Shown: positions 9,646 to 19,526, counted from the stretch's first letter. The stretch: 64,000 bases of DNA from an uncultured Clostridia bacterium (GCA_947168565.1 CAMVMM010000004.1:75857-139856); one strand, 5' to 3'. Translations and numbers: made by a program. The notes: generated by a model from the letters alone, not told the origin.

Positions 9646-9734
9646 ATGCTTGGAGTTAAGCGCGATATTGCGCCGCCTCCGCGCGGGCAGCCCTTTTCGG
9701 TGCGCCTGCGCAGCATAAAAAGGAAGTTTACTCA

Positions 9735-10430
9735 ATGGGTACGCTGCTTCAAATTTTACAAACGCTCCCGGGCATCATAATCGCATTCAGCTTCCATGAA
9801 TGGGGCCATGCCTATGCCGCGTATAAAATGGGTGATCCCACCGCGCGAAATCTCGGCAGGATGACGATCAACCCGCTTGCGCATATCGATCCCATCGGCT
9901 TTCTGATGATGATAGTGGCGGGCTTCGGCTGGGCAAAGCCCGTGCCGGTCAACCCCAACAACTACCGCAATTACAGGCTCGGCGAGCTTGTGGTTTCGCT
10001 TGCGGGCGTTACCATGAACCTGCTGCTTGCGCTTGCGGGAACCTTTGCGCTCGTGCTTATCGCCAAGCTGAACGGCATGGGCTTCCGCCTTGAGGAAAGC
10101 GCAATCTATTTCCTCGGCACCGCGAATTTGAGCGGCGGAATGCTCACCTTTCTGAATATACTGATAAGCTTCGTGACCTTCAACCTTGCGCTCGTCGTGT
10201 TTAACCTCATTCCGGTCTATCCGCTGGACGGCTTCCACGTGGCGGAGGTGCTCTTATCCAAGGTGCTCGGGCCGACGCTCTTTAAGTTTTTGCGCAATTA
10301 CGGGCAGTTTATCCTGATCGGCATCCTGCTTTTAAGCAGGTTCGGCTTCTCCTTCGTGGGCTCCGTTTCCGGCTGGATGTTCAGAGGTCTTTTAAGGCTC
10401 ATGCTCATGCTGTTCGGAATGAACGGCTGA
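9735..10430 (+). CDS. site-2 protease family (M50) membrane metalloprotease
   Basis: HEWGH, NPLAHIDP, GWAKPVP, NLIPVYPLDG. Confidence 0.95.
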   Translation: MGTLLQILQTLPGIIIAFSFHEWGHAYAAYKMGDPTARNLGRMTINPLAHIDPIGFLMMIVAGFGWAKPVPVNPNNYRNYRLGELVVSLAGVTMNLLLALAGTFALVLIAKLNGMGFRLEESAIYFLGTANLSGGMLTFLNILISFVTFNLALVVFNLIPVYPLDGFHVAEVLLSKVLGPTLFKFLRNYGQFILIGILLLSRFGFSFVGSVSGWMFRGLLRLMLMLFGMNG

Positions 10431-10473
10431 GCGCGCCCGTATGAGCAGCAAACAGTTTTTTGGAGCGTAAAGT

Positions 10474-11238
10474 TTGGATTACCGTGTTAGCATAAAACAA
10501 TTCCAGGGGCCGCTGGACCTGCTGCTGCACCTTGTGGAAAAGGCGGAGGTCGATATTCGGGATATCTTTATCTCGGAGATCACAAACGAGTTCCTTGAAT
10601 ATGTTAAGCAGCTTGATGAGCCCGATCCGGATCAAACGAGCGAGTTTCTCACCGTTGCCGCAACGCTTGTATACGCCAAATCCCGCTCGCTCTTCCCGCC
10701 GGAGCCCAAGGCCGAGGAGGAGGACGAGGAGGACCCGGCAGAGCTGCTGGTGCGCAGGCTGCGCGAGTACAAGGCCTTTAAAGAGGCTTCCGAAACGATG
10801 CGCCGCCTCTATGCCGAGGCTTCGCTGATGCGCACGAAGCAGCCGGAGGAATTTCCGCTGCCGCCCAAGGAAATAATTCTAAGGGATACCACGGTGGAGC
10901 GCCTTTTTGAAGCGATGCTCGCGGCGCTTGAGCGGGTGAAGGAGCCCGAAAAGCAGGAGCGCGTTCACGCCGTGCGAAGGGATGATTTCACCATTCGCTA
11001 CTGCGCGGGGAGGATACGCTCAAGGCTGCGCACGAATCGAGGCAAAACCACCTTCCGCGAAATTATCGACGGCGCGGGCAAAATGGAGATAATCGTCACC
11101 TTCATGAGCCTGCTTGAGATGATATCCTCCGGGGAGATTCGCGTGGAGCAGAGCTCCTACTGCGGCGATATCGAAATTTTCGAGCAAAAGCTTGCAAAGG
11201 ACGATGCGAACCGCAGCTATATGGACGAATTGGATTGA
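10474..11238 (+). CDS. scpA: segregation and condensation protein A
   Basis: FQGPLDLLLHLV, SEFL..AA.L...KSR.L.P, IVTFMSLLEM. Confidence 0.95.
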   Translation: MDYRVSIKQFQGPLDLLLHLVEKAEVDIRDIFISEITNEFLEYVKQLDEPDPDQTSEFLTVAATLVYAKSRSLFPPEPKAEEEDEEDPAELLVRRLREYKAFKEASETMRRLYAEASLMRTKQPEEFPLPPKEIILRDTTVERLFEAMLAALERVKEPEKQERVHAVRRDDFTIRYCAGRIRSRLRTNRGKTTFREIIDGAGKMEIIVTFMSLLEMISSGEIRVEQSSYCGDIEIFEQKLAKDDANRSYMDELD

Positions 11239-11288
11239 GAAGCGGTTTATACTGAAAAAACCGATGGATCGTTAAAAGATTTTTGCCT

Positions 11289-11834
11289 ATGGAAAAGAAA
11301 GAGATCTTCGGCGCGATAGAAAGCCTGATGTACGTTTCGGGCGAGCCGATAGGCTTTGCCGAGCTTCAAAGGGTGTTTGATCTGTCCGAGGCCGAGGTGA
11401 AGCAGGCTTTAAACGAAATGCTTGAGGGCATGATCGCGGAGGGAAGGGGGATCATCCCCTTTATTACCGAAAAAACCGTGCAGCTCGTCACAAATCCTGC
11501 GTACAACGCGCAGATCGTCAAGCTGCTTGCCCCGCCGGAGGAGCGGAGCATGAGCGATTCCATGATGGAAACGCTCTCCGTGATAGCCTACCGCCAGCCC
11601 GTCACAAGGGCGGATATAGAGTCCGTGCGCGGCGTGCGCTGCGAATACTCCGTGTCCCAGCTTCTCAAGCAGGGGCTGATATGCGAGCTTGGCAGGAAGG
11701 ACTGCGTGGGCAGGCCCATGCTTTTTGGCACCACGGATGCGTTTTTGCGTAAGTTCGGGCTGCACAGCCTTGACGAGCTGCCGCCCATGCCGAGCGCGGA
11801 GGAGGAAGCCGAGGGCGAGATCGGCGTTGTGTAG
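11289..11834 (+). CDS. scpB: segregation and condensation protein B
   Basis: ETLSVIAYRQPVTRADIESVRGV, GRPMLFGTT..FL..FGL.SL.ELP. Confidence 0.96.
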   Translation: MEKKEIFGAIESLMYVSGEPIGFAELQRVFDLSEAEVKQALNEMLEGMIAEGRGIIPFITEKTVQLVTNPAYNAQIVKLLAPPEERSMSDSMMETLSVIAYRQPVTRADIESVRGVRCEYSVSQLLKQGLICELGRKDCVGRPMLFGTTDAFLRKFGLHSLDELPPMPSAEEEAEGEIGVV

Positions 11835-11951
11835 CGGCGCCTTGATCTGCTCAAAACGCTTAAAACAGCCGCTTTTTCGCTGCGTGACCCGCCGATTTGG
11901 GATATAATTTGCCCTTTGGCGGCATTTTGGCGGAAAATCGGCCTCTGGTAC

Positions 11952-11980
11952 TTGAAAAATACCGATAAATGCTATAAAAT
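11952..11980 (+). promoter_or_regulatory. sigma-A promoter
   Basis: TTGAAA-17bp-TAAAAT, followed by a short hairpin ccaccga-aag-tcggtgg. Confidence 0.6.
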
Positions 11981-12025
11981 ACCACCGAAAGTCGGTGGAA
12001 ACCAAATAATACGGAGGTGTTTACC

Positions 12026-12379
12026 ATGACTGCCACGATCAAAACCGATATCGGGCTTGTTTCTTTCGATGAAAACGTTCTGGCGAGCATAGCGGGCTAT
12101 GCCGCCTGTGAAAACTACGGTATAGTTGCAATGAACAGCAAAACCGCGGGTGATTCCATCCGCCAGGCAATAGGCGGTGAAAATATCCGCCGCGGCGTTA
12201 AGATCACCACCCTTGAGGACGACAGCGTTGATATAGACCTTTACGTCACCCTGCTTTACGGCATCTCGTTCCCCGCCGTTGCGGAAAACGCCATGAGCAA
12301 CGTTAAATACAGGGTGGAGGATCAGACCGGCATCAAGGTGCGCAAGGTCAATATCTTTGTTGAGGCGGTTCGCGTATAA
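12026..12379 (+). CDS. Asp23/Gls24 family protein (YloU-like)
   Basis: IAGYAACENYGIV...IDLYV...YG...V...VKY.VE..TG..V..VNI; conserved position before the DAK2 gene. Confidence 0.92.
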   Translation: MTATIKTDIGLVSFDENVLASIAGYAACENYGIVAMNSKTAGDSIRQAIGGENIRRGVKITTLEDDSVDIDLYVTLLYGISFPAVAENAMSNVKYRVEDQTGIKVRKVNIFVEAVRV

Positions 12380-12391
12380 CGCGCTTCGCTC

Positions 12392-14059
12392 TTGGAGGAA
12401 AAGGAATTGTTAGTTCGCAATATAGATGGGTCCATGTTCCGCGATATGCTTATGATGGGCGCGATGTGCCTTGAGAAAAATAAGCAATCCATAGACGCGA
12501 TGAACGTTTTTCCGGTGCCGGACGGCGATACCGGAACCAATATGTCCATGACGATGCAGCGCGCCGTTCAGGAGCTGCAGGGCGTTAAAACGGATTCCGT
12601 GGATGCGCTCTCATCGGCGCTTGCCACCGGTGCGCTCAAGGGCGCAAGGGGCAACTCCGGCGTTATCCTTTCGCAGATATTCCGCGGCTTTGCCAAGGCG
12701 CTCAAGGGCGCGGACGATAAAATAACCGCGCAGATGCTCAGCGACGCGCTCACCGCCGGCACGGAGGCGGCGTATAAGGCCGTTATGAAGCCCAAGGAGG
12801 GCACCATGCTCACCGTGGCAAGGATGATGAGCGAAAGCGTTGCAAAGGCTGTCGCTTCCGGCGCGGACGCGCTGCGCGTGATCGATGTCATGCTTGAAAG
12901 CGGCGAAGAAGCGCTTAAAAAAACCCCCGAGCTGCTGCCCGTGCTCAAGGAGGCGGGCGTGCTCGATTCCGGCGGAATGGGTCTTTTAACGATCTACCGC
13001 GGCTTCAAAATGGCGCTTGAGGGTCAGGAGCCGGGCGAGGATTTCGAGCTGCTTGTAAAATCAAACGCCGGCTCGGATTCGGATGAGGAAAACCGCGCCA
13101 TCATCTCCGGCGAGGCCGAGGATATAGTCTTTGGCTACTGCACCGAGTTTTTCGTTATCAGGCTCAATGAAAAGGCAAACGATACCGAGGTCGCCAAATT
13201 CCGCGCAAAGCTCATGAGCCTTGGCGATTCCGTGGTCGTGGTGCATGACGACGGCATGATAAAGGTCCACGTTCACACGAACGATCCCGGCAAGGTGATC
13301 CAAAACGCGCTCCGTCTTGGCGAGGTGGACCGCATCAAAATCGAAAATATGCGCGAGCAGAACCGCGCCCTTATCGAGCAGCGCAAGGCGAATGAAAAGG
13401 AGCTCGGCGTGGTGGCGGTCAGCGCGGGCGAAGGCGTGGACGAGGTTTTGAAGAGCCTCGGAGTCGACGTTATCATCCACGGCGGTCAAACCATGAACCC
13501 CAGTGTGGACGTTATCCTGAAGGCCGTCAAAAAGGCGAACGCACGAAACGTTATCATACTGCCGAACAACCCCAATATTATCCTTGCGGCCGAAAGCGCG
13601 GCGCAGTCCGCCGAGTGCAGGGTTTTCGTGGTCCCATCCAAAACCATCGTTTCGGGCATCACCGCGATGATCGGCTTCGATCCGGATGCGGACGCCAAAA
13701 CAAACTGCGACACGCTCACCGAGCTTCTTGACAACGTGCTCTCCGGCTCCGTGACCTATGCCGTTCGCAACACCTCCTACGAGGGCATGGAGATCCATGA
13801 GCACGACATAATCGGTCTTATTGAAAATAAGATCGAGGTCACCGCCAAAACCGTGGACGAGGCTGCCGAGGAGCTTATTGAAAAGATGCTTAAAGAGCGC
13901 GGCGAGGATGCGATAGTTTCCATCTTCTACGGTGAGGACGTTGCCGCGAAGGACGCGCAGGCGCTCTGCGACAGGCTCGGCAAAAAGCATGAGGAAGCGG
14001 AGTTCGTGGTGCAGCACGGCGGTCAGCCGCTTTACTACTACTATATCGCCGTTGAATGA
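12392..14059 (+). CDS. fakA: DAK2-domain fatty acid kinase subunit (YloV)
   Basis: NVFPVPDGDTGTNM, GARGNSGVILSQ, YCTEF, KVHVHT, GGQTMNPS, GGQPLYYY. Confidence 0.95.
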   Translation: MEEKELLVRNIDGSMFRDMLMMGAMCLEKNKQSIDAMNVFPVPDGDTGTNMSMTMQRAVQELQGVKTDSVDALSSALATGALKGARGNSGVILSQIFRGFAKALKGADDKITAQMLSDALTAGTEAAYKAVMKPKEGTMLTVARMMSESVAKAVASGADALRVIDVMLESGEEALKKTPELLPVLKEAGVLDSGGMGLLTIYRGFKMALEGQEPGEDFELLVKSNAGSDSDEENRAIISGEAEDIVFGYCTEFFVIRLNEKANDTEVAKFRAKLMSLGDSVVVVHDDGMIKVHVHTNDPGKVIQNALRLGEVDRIKIENMREQNRALIEQRKANEKELGVVAVSAGEGVDEVLKSLGVDVIIHGGQTMNPSVDVILKAVKKANARNVIILPNNPNIILAAESAAQSAECRVFVVPSKTIVSGITAMIGFDPDADAKTNCDTLTELLDNVLSGSVTYAVRNTSYEGMEIHEHDIIGLIENKIEVTAKTVDEAAEELIEKMLKERGEDAIVSIFYGEDVAAKDAQALCDRLGKKHEEAEFVVQHGGQPLYYYYIAVE

Positions 14060-14136
14060 TCCGTTCCGGCGCGGCAAAAAGCCGGCGCCGCTTCGGTTCG
14101 GAATAGCTTCGGCAAATCTGCGATACTAAAGCTGTT

Positions 14137-16152
14137 GTGGAAAAAAGCACGGATCTTATCAAAATAAAAGGCATCGGCCCCGGGCGCATCAAGCATTTTG
14201 CCCGCCTGGGGCTTTTTTCGTTGCAGGATCTCGCCTCCTTCCTTCCAAGAAGCTATCTGGATTATTCAAGGCCCGTGAAGATATGCGATGCGGAGGACGG
14301 CGAAACCGCCGCGATAAGGGCGCTGTTCATCGGCCCCGTGAAAACCTTCCGCGCCAAATCGGGGCTCACCGTCACCAACGTTTCGATCGGGGATGAAACC
14401 GGCAATATCACCGCTGCATGGTTCAATCAGCCCTATATTTCGCGCTCCGTACCCTCCGAAGCGGGCGGCTACGCGCTCGGCACGGTGGATAGGCGAAACG
14501 GCGCGCGGCTGCTTCGCGCAAGCTTTTCAAAGGAGCTTCCGGGCATCATCCCCGTTTACCCTCTCACAAGCGGGCTGACGCAAAGCGTGGTTAGAAACGC
14601 CGTTCGCGCCGCGCTCGATATTTGCCTTGATTCGGTTTCGGAAACGCTTCCCGAGCAGATAAGAGCGGAGTACGGGCTTATACCGCTCAAAACGGCTATG
14701 GAAACCGTGCATTTTCCTAAAAACGCGCAGGAGCTTGCCGCCGCGCGAAGAAGGCTCGCGTTTGAGGATGCGGCGGTGCTGACGATAGTGCTTGAAAAGC
14801 TTCGTCAAAATAAAAAGGCGCAGAAGGGGATAAGCTTCAATACCTCCGGCATTTTGGATGATTTTTTAAAGCTGCTGCCGTTTGAGCCCACGAGCGCGCA
14901 GTATTCCGTGATGAACGAGATAGCGCTCGATATGGCGTCGCCGCAGCCTATGAGCAGGCTGATACAGGGCGACGTGGGCTCAGGCAAAACCGCGCTTGCG
15001 CTGTATGCCATGTTCATCGCCGCAAAAAACGGCGCGCAGTCCGTGCTGATGGCGCCAACGGAGATACTTGCGGAGCAGCATTATATCCAGCTCAAGCGCT
15101 TTTTCGGTGAAAGGGCGGCAATTCTGAAAGGACACATGAGCGCTCCGGTGAAGCGGCAGGTGCTCAAGGGAATTGCGGACGGCAGCATAATCGCCGTCAC
15201 GGGCACGCACGCGCTTATCGAGGGCAAGGTGGAGTTTAAAAGGCTCGGCTTGGTGATAACCGATGAGCAGCACCGCTTCGGCGTGCGCCAGCGAGCGGAG
15301 ATAGGCAAAAAGGCTGAATCGCCCGATACCATCATTATGAGCGCCACACCCATTCCGAGAACGCTTTCGCTCATACTCTACGGCGATCTGGACGTGTCGC
15401 TCGTCAAGGGCATGCCGCCGGGCAGAAAACCGGTCACAACTCGCCTCGTGCCGGGTGAAAAGCGCATAGCGATGTATCGCTACATTGAAAATAAGATAAA
15501 ATCTGAGCGCATACAGTGCTACGTTGTCTGCCCCATGATCGAGGAAAACGACGACCTTGAGCGCGTCCGCTCGGCGGAAACGCTGTTTGAGGAGCTGAAA
15601 AGCAATCTTTCCGTGCGCGTTGCCCTCGTTCACGGCAGGCTGAAAAGCGCCGAGAAGGACGCCGTGATGGAGGCTTTTCGCACGGGGGAAACGGATATTC
15701 TCGTTTCAACCACCGTGATCGAGGTGGGCGTGGACGTGCCGAATGCCTGCGTCATGGTGATAGAATCGGCGGAGCGCTTCGGACTTGCGCAGCTTCACCA
15801 GCTTCGCGGCAGGGTCGGGCGCGGGGATAAGCAGAGCGAATGCTATCTTTTGACCGAAAGCCGCTCCAAGTCGTCGGTTTCCCGCCTGAAAACCCTTACC
15901 GAAACGAGCGACGGCTTTGAAATAGCGGAAAAGGATCTTGAAGCGCGCGGCCCGGGCGAGCTTATCGGAATGCGGCAGCACGGCATAAGCGAATTCGGTG
16001 CGGCGGCGCTTGCCTCCGATATTGAAACGCTGAAGCAGGCACGGGACTGCGCAAGGAAGCTGCTTGCCATGCCTCCCGAAAAGAGCGAACGGCTTATTGA
16101 AAAGGCGATGCGTAAATATGAAAGATCGCTTGAGGATATAGTGATAAACTGA
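14137..16152 (+). CDS. recG: ATP-dependent DNA helicase RecG
   Basis: QGDVGSGKT, APTEILAEQH, DEQHRFGV, MSATPIPRTL, QLHQLRGRVGR. Confidence 0.97.
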   Translation: MEKSTDLIKIKGIGPGRIKHFARLGLFSLQDLASFLPRSYLDYSRPVKICDAEDGETAAIRALFIGPVKTFRAKSGLTVTNVSIGDETGNITAAWFNQPYISRSVPSEAGGYALGTVDRRNGARLLRASFSKELPGIIPVYPLTSGLTQSVVRNAVRAALDICLDSVSETLPEQIRAEYGLIPLKTAMETVHFPKNAQELAAARRRLAFEDAAVLTIVLEKLRQNKKAQKGISFNTSGILDDFLKLLPFEPTSAQYSVMNEIALDMASPQPMSRLIQGDVGSGKTALALYAMFIAAKNGAQSVLMAPTEILAEQHYIQLKRFFGERAAILKGHMSAPVKRQVLKGIADGSIIAVTGTHALIEGKVEFKRLGLVITDEQHRFGVRQRAEIGKKAESPDTIIMSATPIPRTLSLILYGDLDVSLVKGMPPGRKPVTTRLVPGEKRIAMYRYIENKIKSERIQCYVVCPMIEENDDLERVRSAETLFEELKSNLSVRVALVHGRLKSAEKDAVMEAFRTGETDILVSTTVIEVGVDVPNACVMVIESAERFGLAQLHQLRGRVGRGDKQSECYLLTESRSKSSVSRLKTLTETSDGFEIAEKDLEARGPGELIGMRQHGISEFGAAALASDIETLKQARDCARKLLAMPPEKSERLIEKAMRKYERSLEDIVIN

Positions 16153-16190
16153 AAGCATGGAGCCGCTTTTTCATCCCTTTTTCCTTAATG

Positions 16191-16232
16191 CTCAAACGGA
16201 AACGGAAACTCAAACGGAAACGGAATACTCAA
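16191..16232. repeat. short tandem repeat
   Basis: ctcaaacggaaacggaaa ctcaaacggaaacggaata ctcaa. Confidence 0.7.
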
Positions 16233-16536
16233 GCCCTTCACGCGGCGGCGCACCCGCCGCTTTTTTTCGAGCGGCGGTCAAAAGCTGCAAATAATCAATT
16301 TTCCGTATCGAAAATGCAAGATTTTACCGCTCATACATTCAACAAAAACGGACAAATTAAGCTTGCACGGCGAAAAAGCGCTTTTGCTCAAAAAGGTTTA
16401 AAGCGAGCTTGCTTTTTTATTAAAAGGAAACCTTGCCCGATCGGGCGGCGCCGCTTCGCCGGTAATGATACCCCGTGCTTTCCCTTTGCGCTCTTGCCCC
16501 GGGAAAGCGCGGGCATAAAGAACGGAGGTGAAAAAT

Positions 16537-16737
16537 ATGTCAAGCAGGAACAACAGGCTTACGGTTCCCGAATCGCGCGGCGCGCTGGAGCAGTTCAAAA
16601 ACGAAGTGGCTTCTTCGATGAATATCGAGCTCAAGCAGGGCTACAACGGCGATATTTCCGCCCGTGACGCGGGCCGTGTCGGCGGTCAGATGGTTAAGCG
16701 TATGATAGAGTACGCCGAAAGCAATATGCAGAGATAA
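16537..16737 (+). CDS. alpha/beta-type small acid-soluble spore protein
   Basis: GGAGGTG RBS; ALEQFKNEVA...GDISARDAGRVGGQMVKRMIEYAE. Confidence 0.95.
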   Translation: MSSRNNRLTVPESRGALEQFKNEVASSMNIELKQGYNGDISARDAGRVGGQMVKRMIEYAESNMQR

Positions 16738-16818
16738 GCCTGAAGCGGGTAATGATGCTTCATTCACCGCGATGAGTGATTTTCCTTCGGGAATAATATA
16801 AATTTAAGGAGTTATACC

Positions 16819-17094
16819 ATGAACGGCATGAACAATATGAACGGCATGAATTCCGCCGGCAGCGGCAATTCCGGCTATTCCAACGGCAGCTCTTCCTCCG
16901 GAACGAGCAGGGAGATGAAGCAGAGGCTTGCGGGCTTTAAAAACGAGGTCGCTTCCTCCATGAATATCAACCTTCAGCAGGGCTACAACGGCGACATCAC
17001 CGCGCGTGAAGCGGGTCGCATCGGCGGTCAGATGGTGAAGAGGATGATAGAGTACGCCGAGCGCAACATGAACGGCGGCAGCATGATGAACTAA
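16819..17094 (+). CDS. alpha/beta-type SASP with N/M/G/S-rich extensions
   Basis: AAGGAG RBS; FKNEVASSMNINLQQGYNGDITAREAGRIGGQMVKRMIEYAE. Confidence 0.92.
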   Translation: MNGMNNMNGMNSAGSGNSGYSNGSSSSGTSREMKQRLAGFKNEVASSMNINLQQGYNGDITAREAGRIGGQMVKRMIEYAERNMNGGSMMN

Positions 17095-17112
17095 TACTAT
17101 CGGATAGTATAA
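17092..17112. repeat. palindrome equal to the fused ends of the 41633-41793 element (collapsed copy or footprint)
   Basis: taATACTATCgGATAGTATaa; same terminal sequences and flanks as 41631-41641 and 41786-41795. Confidence 0.6.
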
Positions 17113-17201
17113 TACTTCATTTCCGGGCAGTGGCACGGCCTGCGTGCCGCCGATACGATTTCGGATAGGTCCGAAAGTCGGCATTTCGCCCAAAGTCATC
17201 T

Positions 17202-17246
17202 AAAAAGGGATCCCTGCTCCCGCTTTTCGGGGGTGGGGATCCTTTT
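17202..17246. terminator. bidirectional rho-independent terminator
   Basis: aaaaagggatccc...ggggatcctttt between convergent genes. Confidence 0.75.
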
Positions 17247-17320
17247 GATCCGCTATATGCTCTGATCCGCTATCCGTTTTAATTCGCAGCCGTATAGGAA
17301 GAACGGAGCGCGGCAAGCCG

Positions 17321-17764
17321 TCAGCAGCCGTCGCCGCCGCAGTTTTGTTCGCAGCTTTGATCGCCCTTTTGCTCAAGCGCCCTTGCTTTTTCGCTCACCT
17401 TGCCCATGAATCTTGCGTTATCTATTATGAAGCGCTCATGCACGCCGCTGCCGATCTCACCAAAATCATCGCAGGCTCGCACCTTGAAAACCAGCCTGCG
17501 CTTATCCACCTCTATAAGCTCGCTTTCGCAGGTGATGGTGCTGCCGATGGGCGAGGGGGAAAGATGCTTGCAGTTTATAAAGCTGCCCACCGTGCCAAAG
17601 CCCGATTCAAGCTCCGGCTGAACGCTGTCCGAGCAGGTGTATTCCATCAGCGCAACGAGCGCGGGCGTGGCGAAAACCGGCAGCAGCCCGCTCAAAAGAT
17701 GCTCTGCGGTGTATTCCTCGGTAACTTTGGCGCTCTTTACGCCCCTGATGCCGACCTGTATCAT
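17321..17764 (-). CDS. hot-dog-fold thioesterase (fluoroacetyl-CoA thioesterase FlK-like)
   Basis: VFATPALVALME, TVG...H..P.P.G, IG.G.H.RFII; AGGAGG RBS. Confidence 0.9.
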   Translation of the reverse strand: MIQVGIRGVKSAKVTEEYTAEHLLSGLLPVFATPALVALMEYTCSDSVQPELESGFGTVGSFINCKHLSPSPIGSTITCESELIEVDKRRLVFKVRACDDFGEIGSGVHERFIIDNARFMGKVSEKARALEQKGDQSCEQNCGGDGC

Positions 17765-17907
17765 AAGTTGACCTCCTTTTTGCGCTTTGTATGGCTCGAT
17801 CATCCAAGCCGACTTTATTATACAGAAGCCGCGCCGCTTTGTAAACCTTTGCGATGGGAAAAAACGCTTTCTCTCAAAGCAAGGCTTCGGTTTTGACGCG
17901 CAGCCGA

Positions 17908-17936
17908 TTGATTGTTTTCATATACCGTGATATAAT
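17908..17936 (+). promoter_or_regulatory. sigma-A promoter
   Basis: TTGATT-17bp-TATAAT with TG extension. Confidence 0.65.
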
Positions 17937-18091
17937 CGGCTCATCAAAAGAGCGGGGTTTTGCTTCGCATTGGGTGATGCTGCGTCATTTTGTTTTATGG
18001 GAATGGGGCGCCGCAGGCCGTTCGCCGCCGTAAGCCTGCCGCGACGGCGAGCTGATCACCATATTACTGCATATAAAAAGAGGTGAACGAT

Positions 18092-19510
18092 ATGCTTCAC
18101 ACAAGGGAAAGCATCCACGCATTGGTGGAGAAGCAGCGCGAATACTTCCGCACGGGCGAAACGCTGAATGTGGCCTGGCGCATTTCTCAGCTAAAAAAGC
18201 TGAAGCAGGCAGTGATGGAAAATAAGCAACTTCTTTCGAACGCCCTGTATGAGGATCTTGGCAAAAGCGAGGTGGAGGCCTATCTTTGCGATATAGGCCC
18301 CGTGATAGTGGAGATAAACGAGATCATCCGCGGCCTCAAGCGCTGGGCGCGTCCCGAAAGGCATTTCAGCGGGCTCATGTGCTTTCCAAGCGTTAAAACC
18401 ACGGTATACAAGCTGCCCTACGGCGTTTCGCTGATAATAAGCCCCTTCAATTTTCCCGTGCTGCTCACGCTCGGCGTGCTCGCCGCGTCCATCTGCGGCG
18501 GAAACACGGCGGTTATCAAAACAAGCTCCAAGTCAGCAGCAACCACAAGGGTGCTGAAAAAGCTTATTTCGGAAACCTTTCCGGAGGAATACGCCGCCGT
18601 TGTGGATGGCGGGCACGATGCGGCGGATCTGTGTCTGGCGGAAAGGTTCGATAAAATTTTCTACACCGGCTCGCCCTCGGTTGCAAAGCATGTGCTCGAT
18701 TGTGCGGCAAGGAACCTCACGCCCGTGGCGCTGGAGCTTGGCGGGGAAACGGGGAACTGGTGCGTTGTCAGAAAGGATGCCGACCTTCGGGACGCGGCGC
18801 GGAAGATCGCCTTCTTCAAGCTTTGCAACGCGGGGCAGATCTGCATAAATATCAATCAAATCGCCGTTGCCGAGGAGATCGCGGAAAGCTTCATTTCGGC
18901 TCTAAAGGCGGAATTCGTGTGCCAGATCGGTGAAAGCGCCTGCCAAAATCCTGATTATCCCAAGCTTATCACCGAAAAGGTCTATGATAAATGCGAGCGC
19001 ATCGCCTCCGAATACGCGGAAAGGATCGTTTTCGGCGGCAAAGGGGATAGGGCCTGCCGCCGCTTTGAGCCGACGATCATCTACCCGGTGGATGAAAACG
19101 AGGATATAGTGCTGCACGAGCTTTTCTGCCCCATACTGCCGATAGTGCCGTTTAAGGATGCGGAGGCGGAAAGGGTGATGGATATGATAGCGCGGCGCGA
19201 GCATCCGCTTTCGATGTATCTTTTCACTTCCGATAAAAACTGGGCGAATAAGGTTATGAGCACCCATCAGTTCGGCGGCGGCTGCATAAACGAGGTGTGC
19301 ATCCATCTTATGGTGAAGGGCGTTCCTTTCAACGGCACCGGGCATTCCGGAATGGGCGCGTACCACGGCGAATGGGGCTTCCGCGAATTCACCCATCCGC
19401 AAACCGTGCTCACGGGCAGCAGGCGCTTCAATCTGCCGCTGCGGGAGCATCCGTATTCCGGAAAGGCGGGGGAGAGAAAGCTGAAAATACTGAAATGGTT
19501 TGAAAGATAG
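18092..19510 (+). CDS. aldehyde dehydrogenase (ALDH3/YwdH-like)
   Basis: ISPFNFP, FYTGS, LELGG, NAGQIC, ELFCPILP, PFNGTGHSGMGAYHG. Confidence 0.93.
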   Translation: MLHTRESIHALVEKQREYFRTGETLNVAWRISQLKKLKQAVMENKQLLSNALYEDLGKSEVEAYLCDIGPVIVEINEIIRGLKRWARPERHFSGLMCFPSVKTTVYKLPYGVSLIISPFNFPVLLTLGVLAASICGGNTAVIKTSSKSAATTRVLKKLISETFPEEYAAVVDGGHDAADLCLAERFDKIFYTGSPSVAKHVLDCAARNLTPVALELGGETGNWCVVRKDADLRDAARKIAFFKLCNAGQICININQIAVAEEIAESFISALKAEFVCQIGESACQNPDYPKLITEKVYDKCERIASEYAERIVFGGKGDRACRRFEPTIIYPVDENEDIVLHELFCPILPIVPFKDAEAERVMDMIARREHPLSMYLFTSDKNWANKVMSTHQFGGGCINEVCIHLMVKGVPFNGTGHSGMGAYHGEWGFREFTHPQTVLTGSRRFNLPLREHPYSGKAGERKLKILKWFER

Positions 19511-19526
19511 AAAAAACGGTTTTGGA

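Noticed and set aside
17321-17350. Gly-Cys-TGA endings (thioesterase; flavodoxin at 42300-42308) as selenocysteine readthrough
   Set aside because: No recognisable SECIS hairpin, the families are not known selenoproteins, and both domains are complete before the TGA
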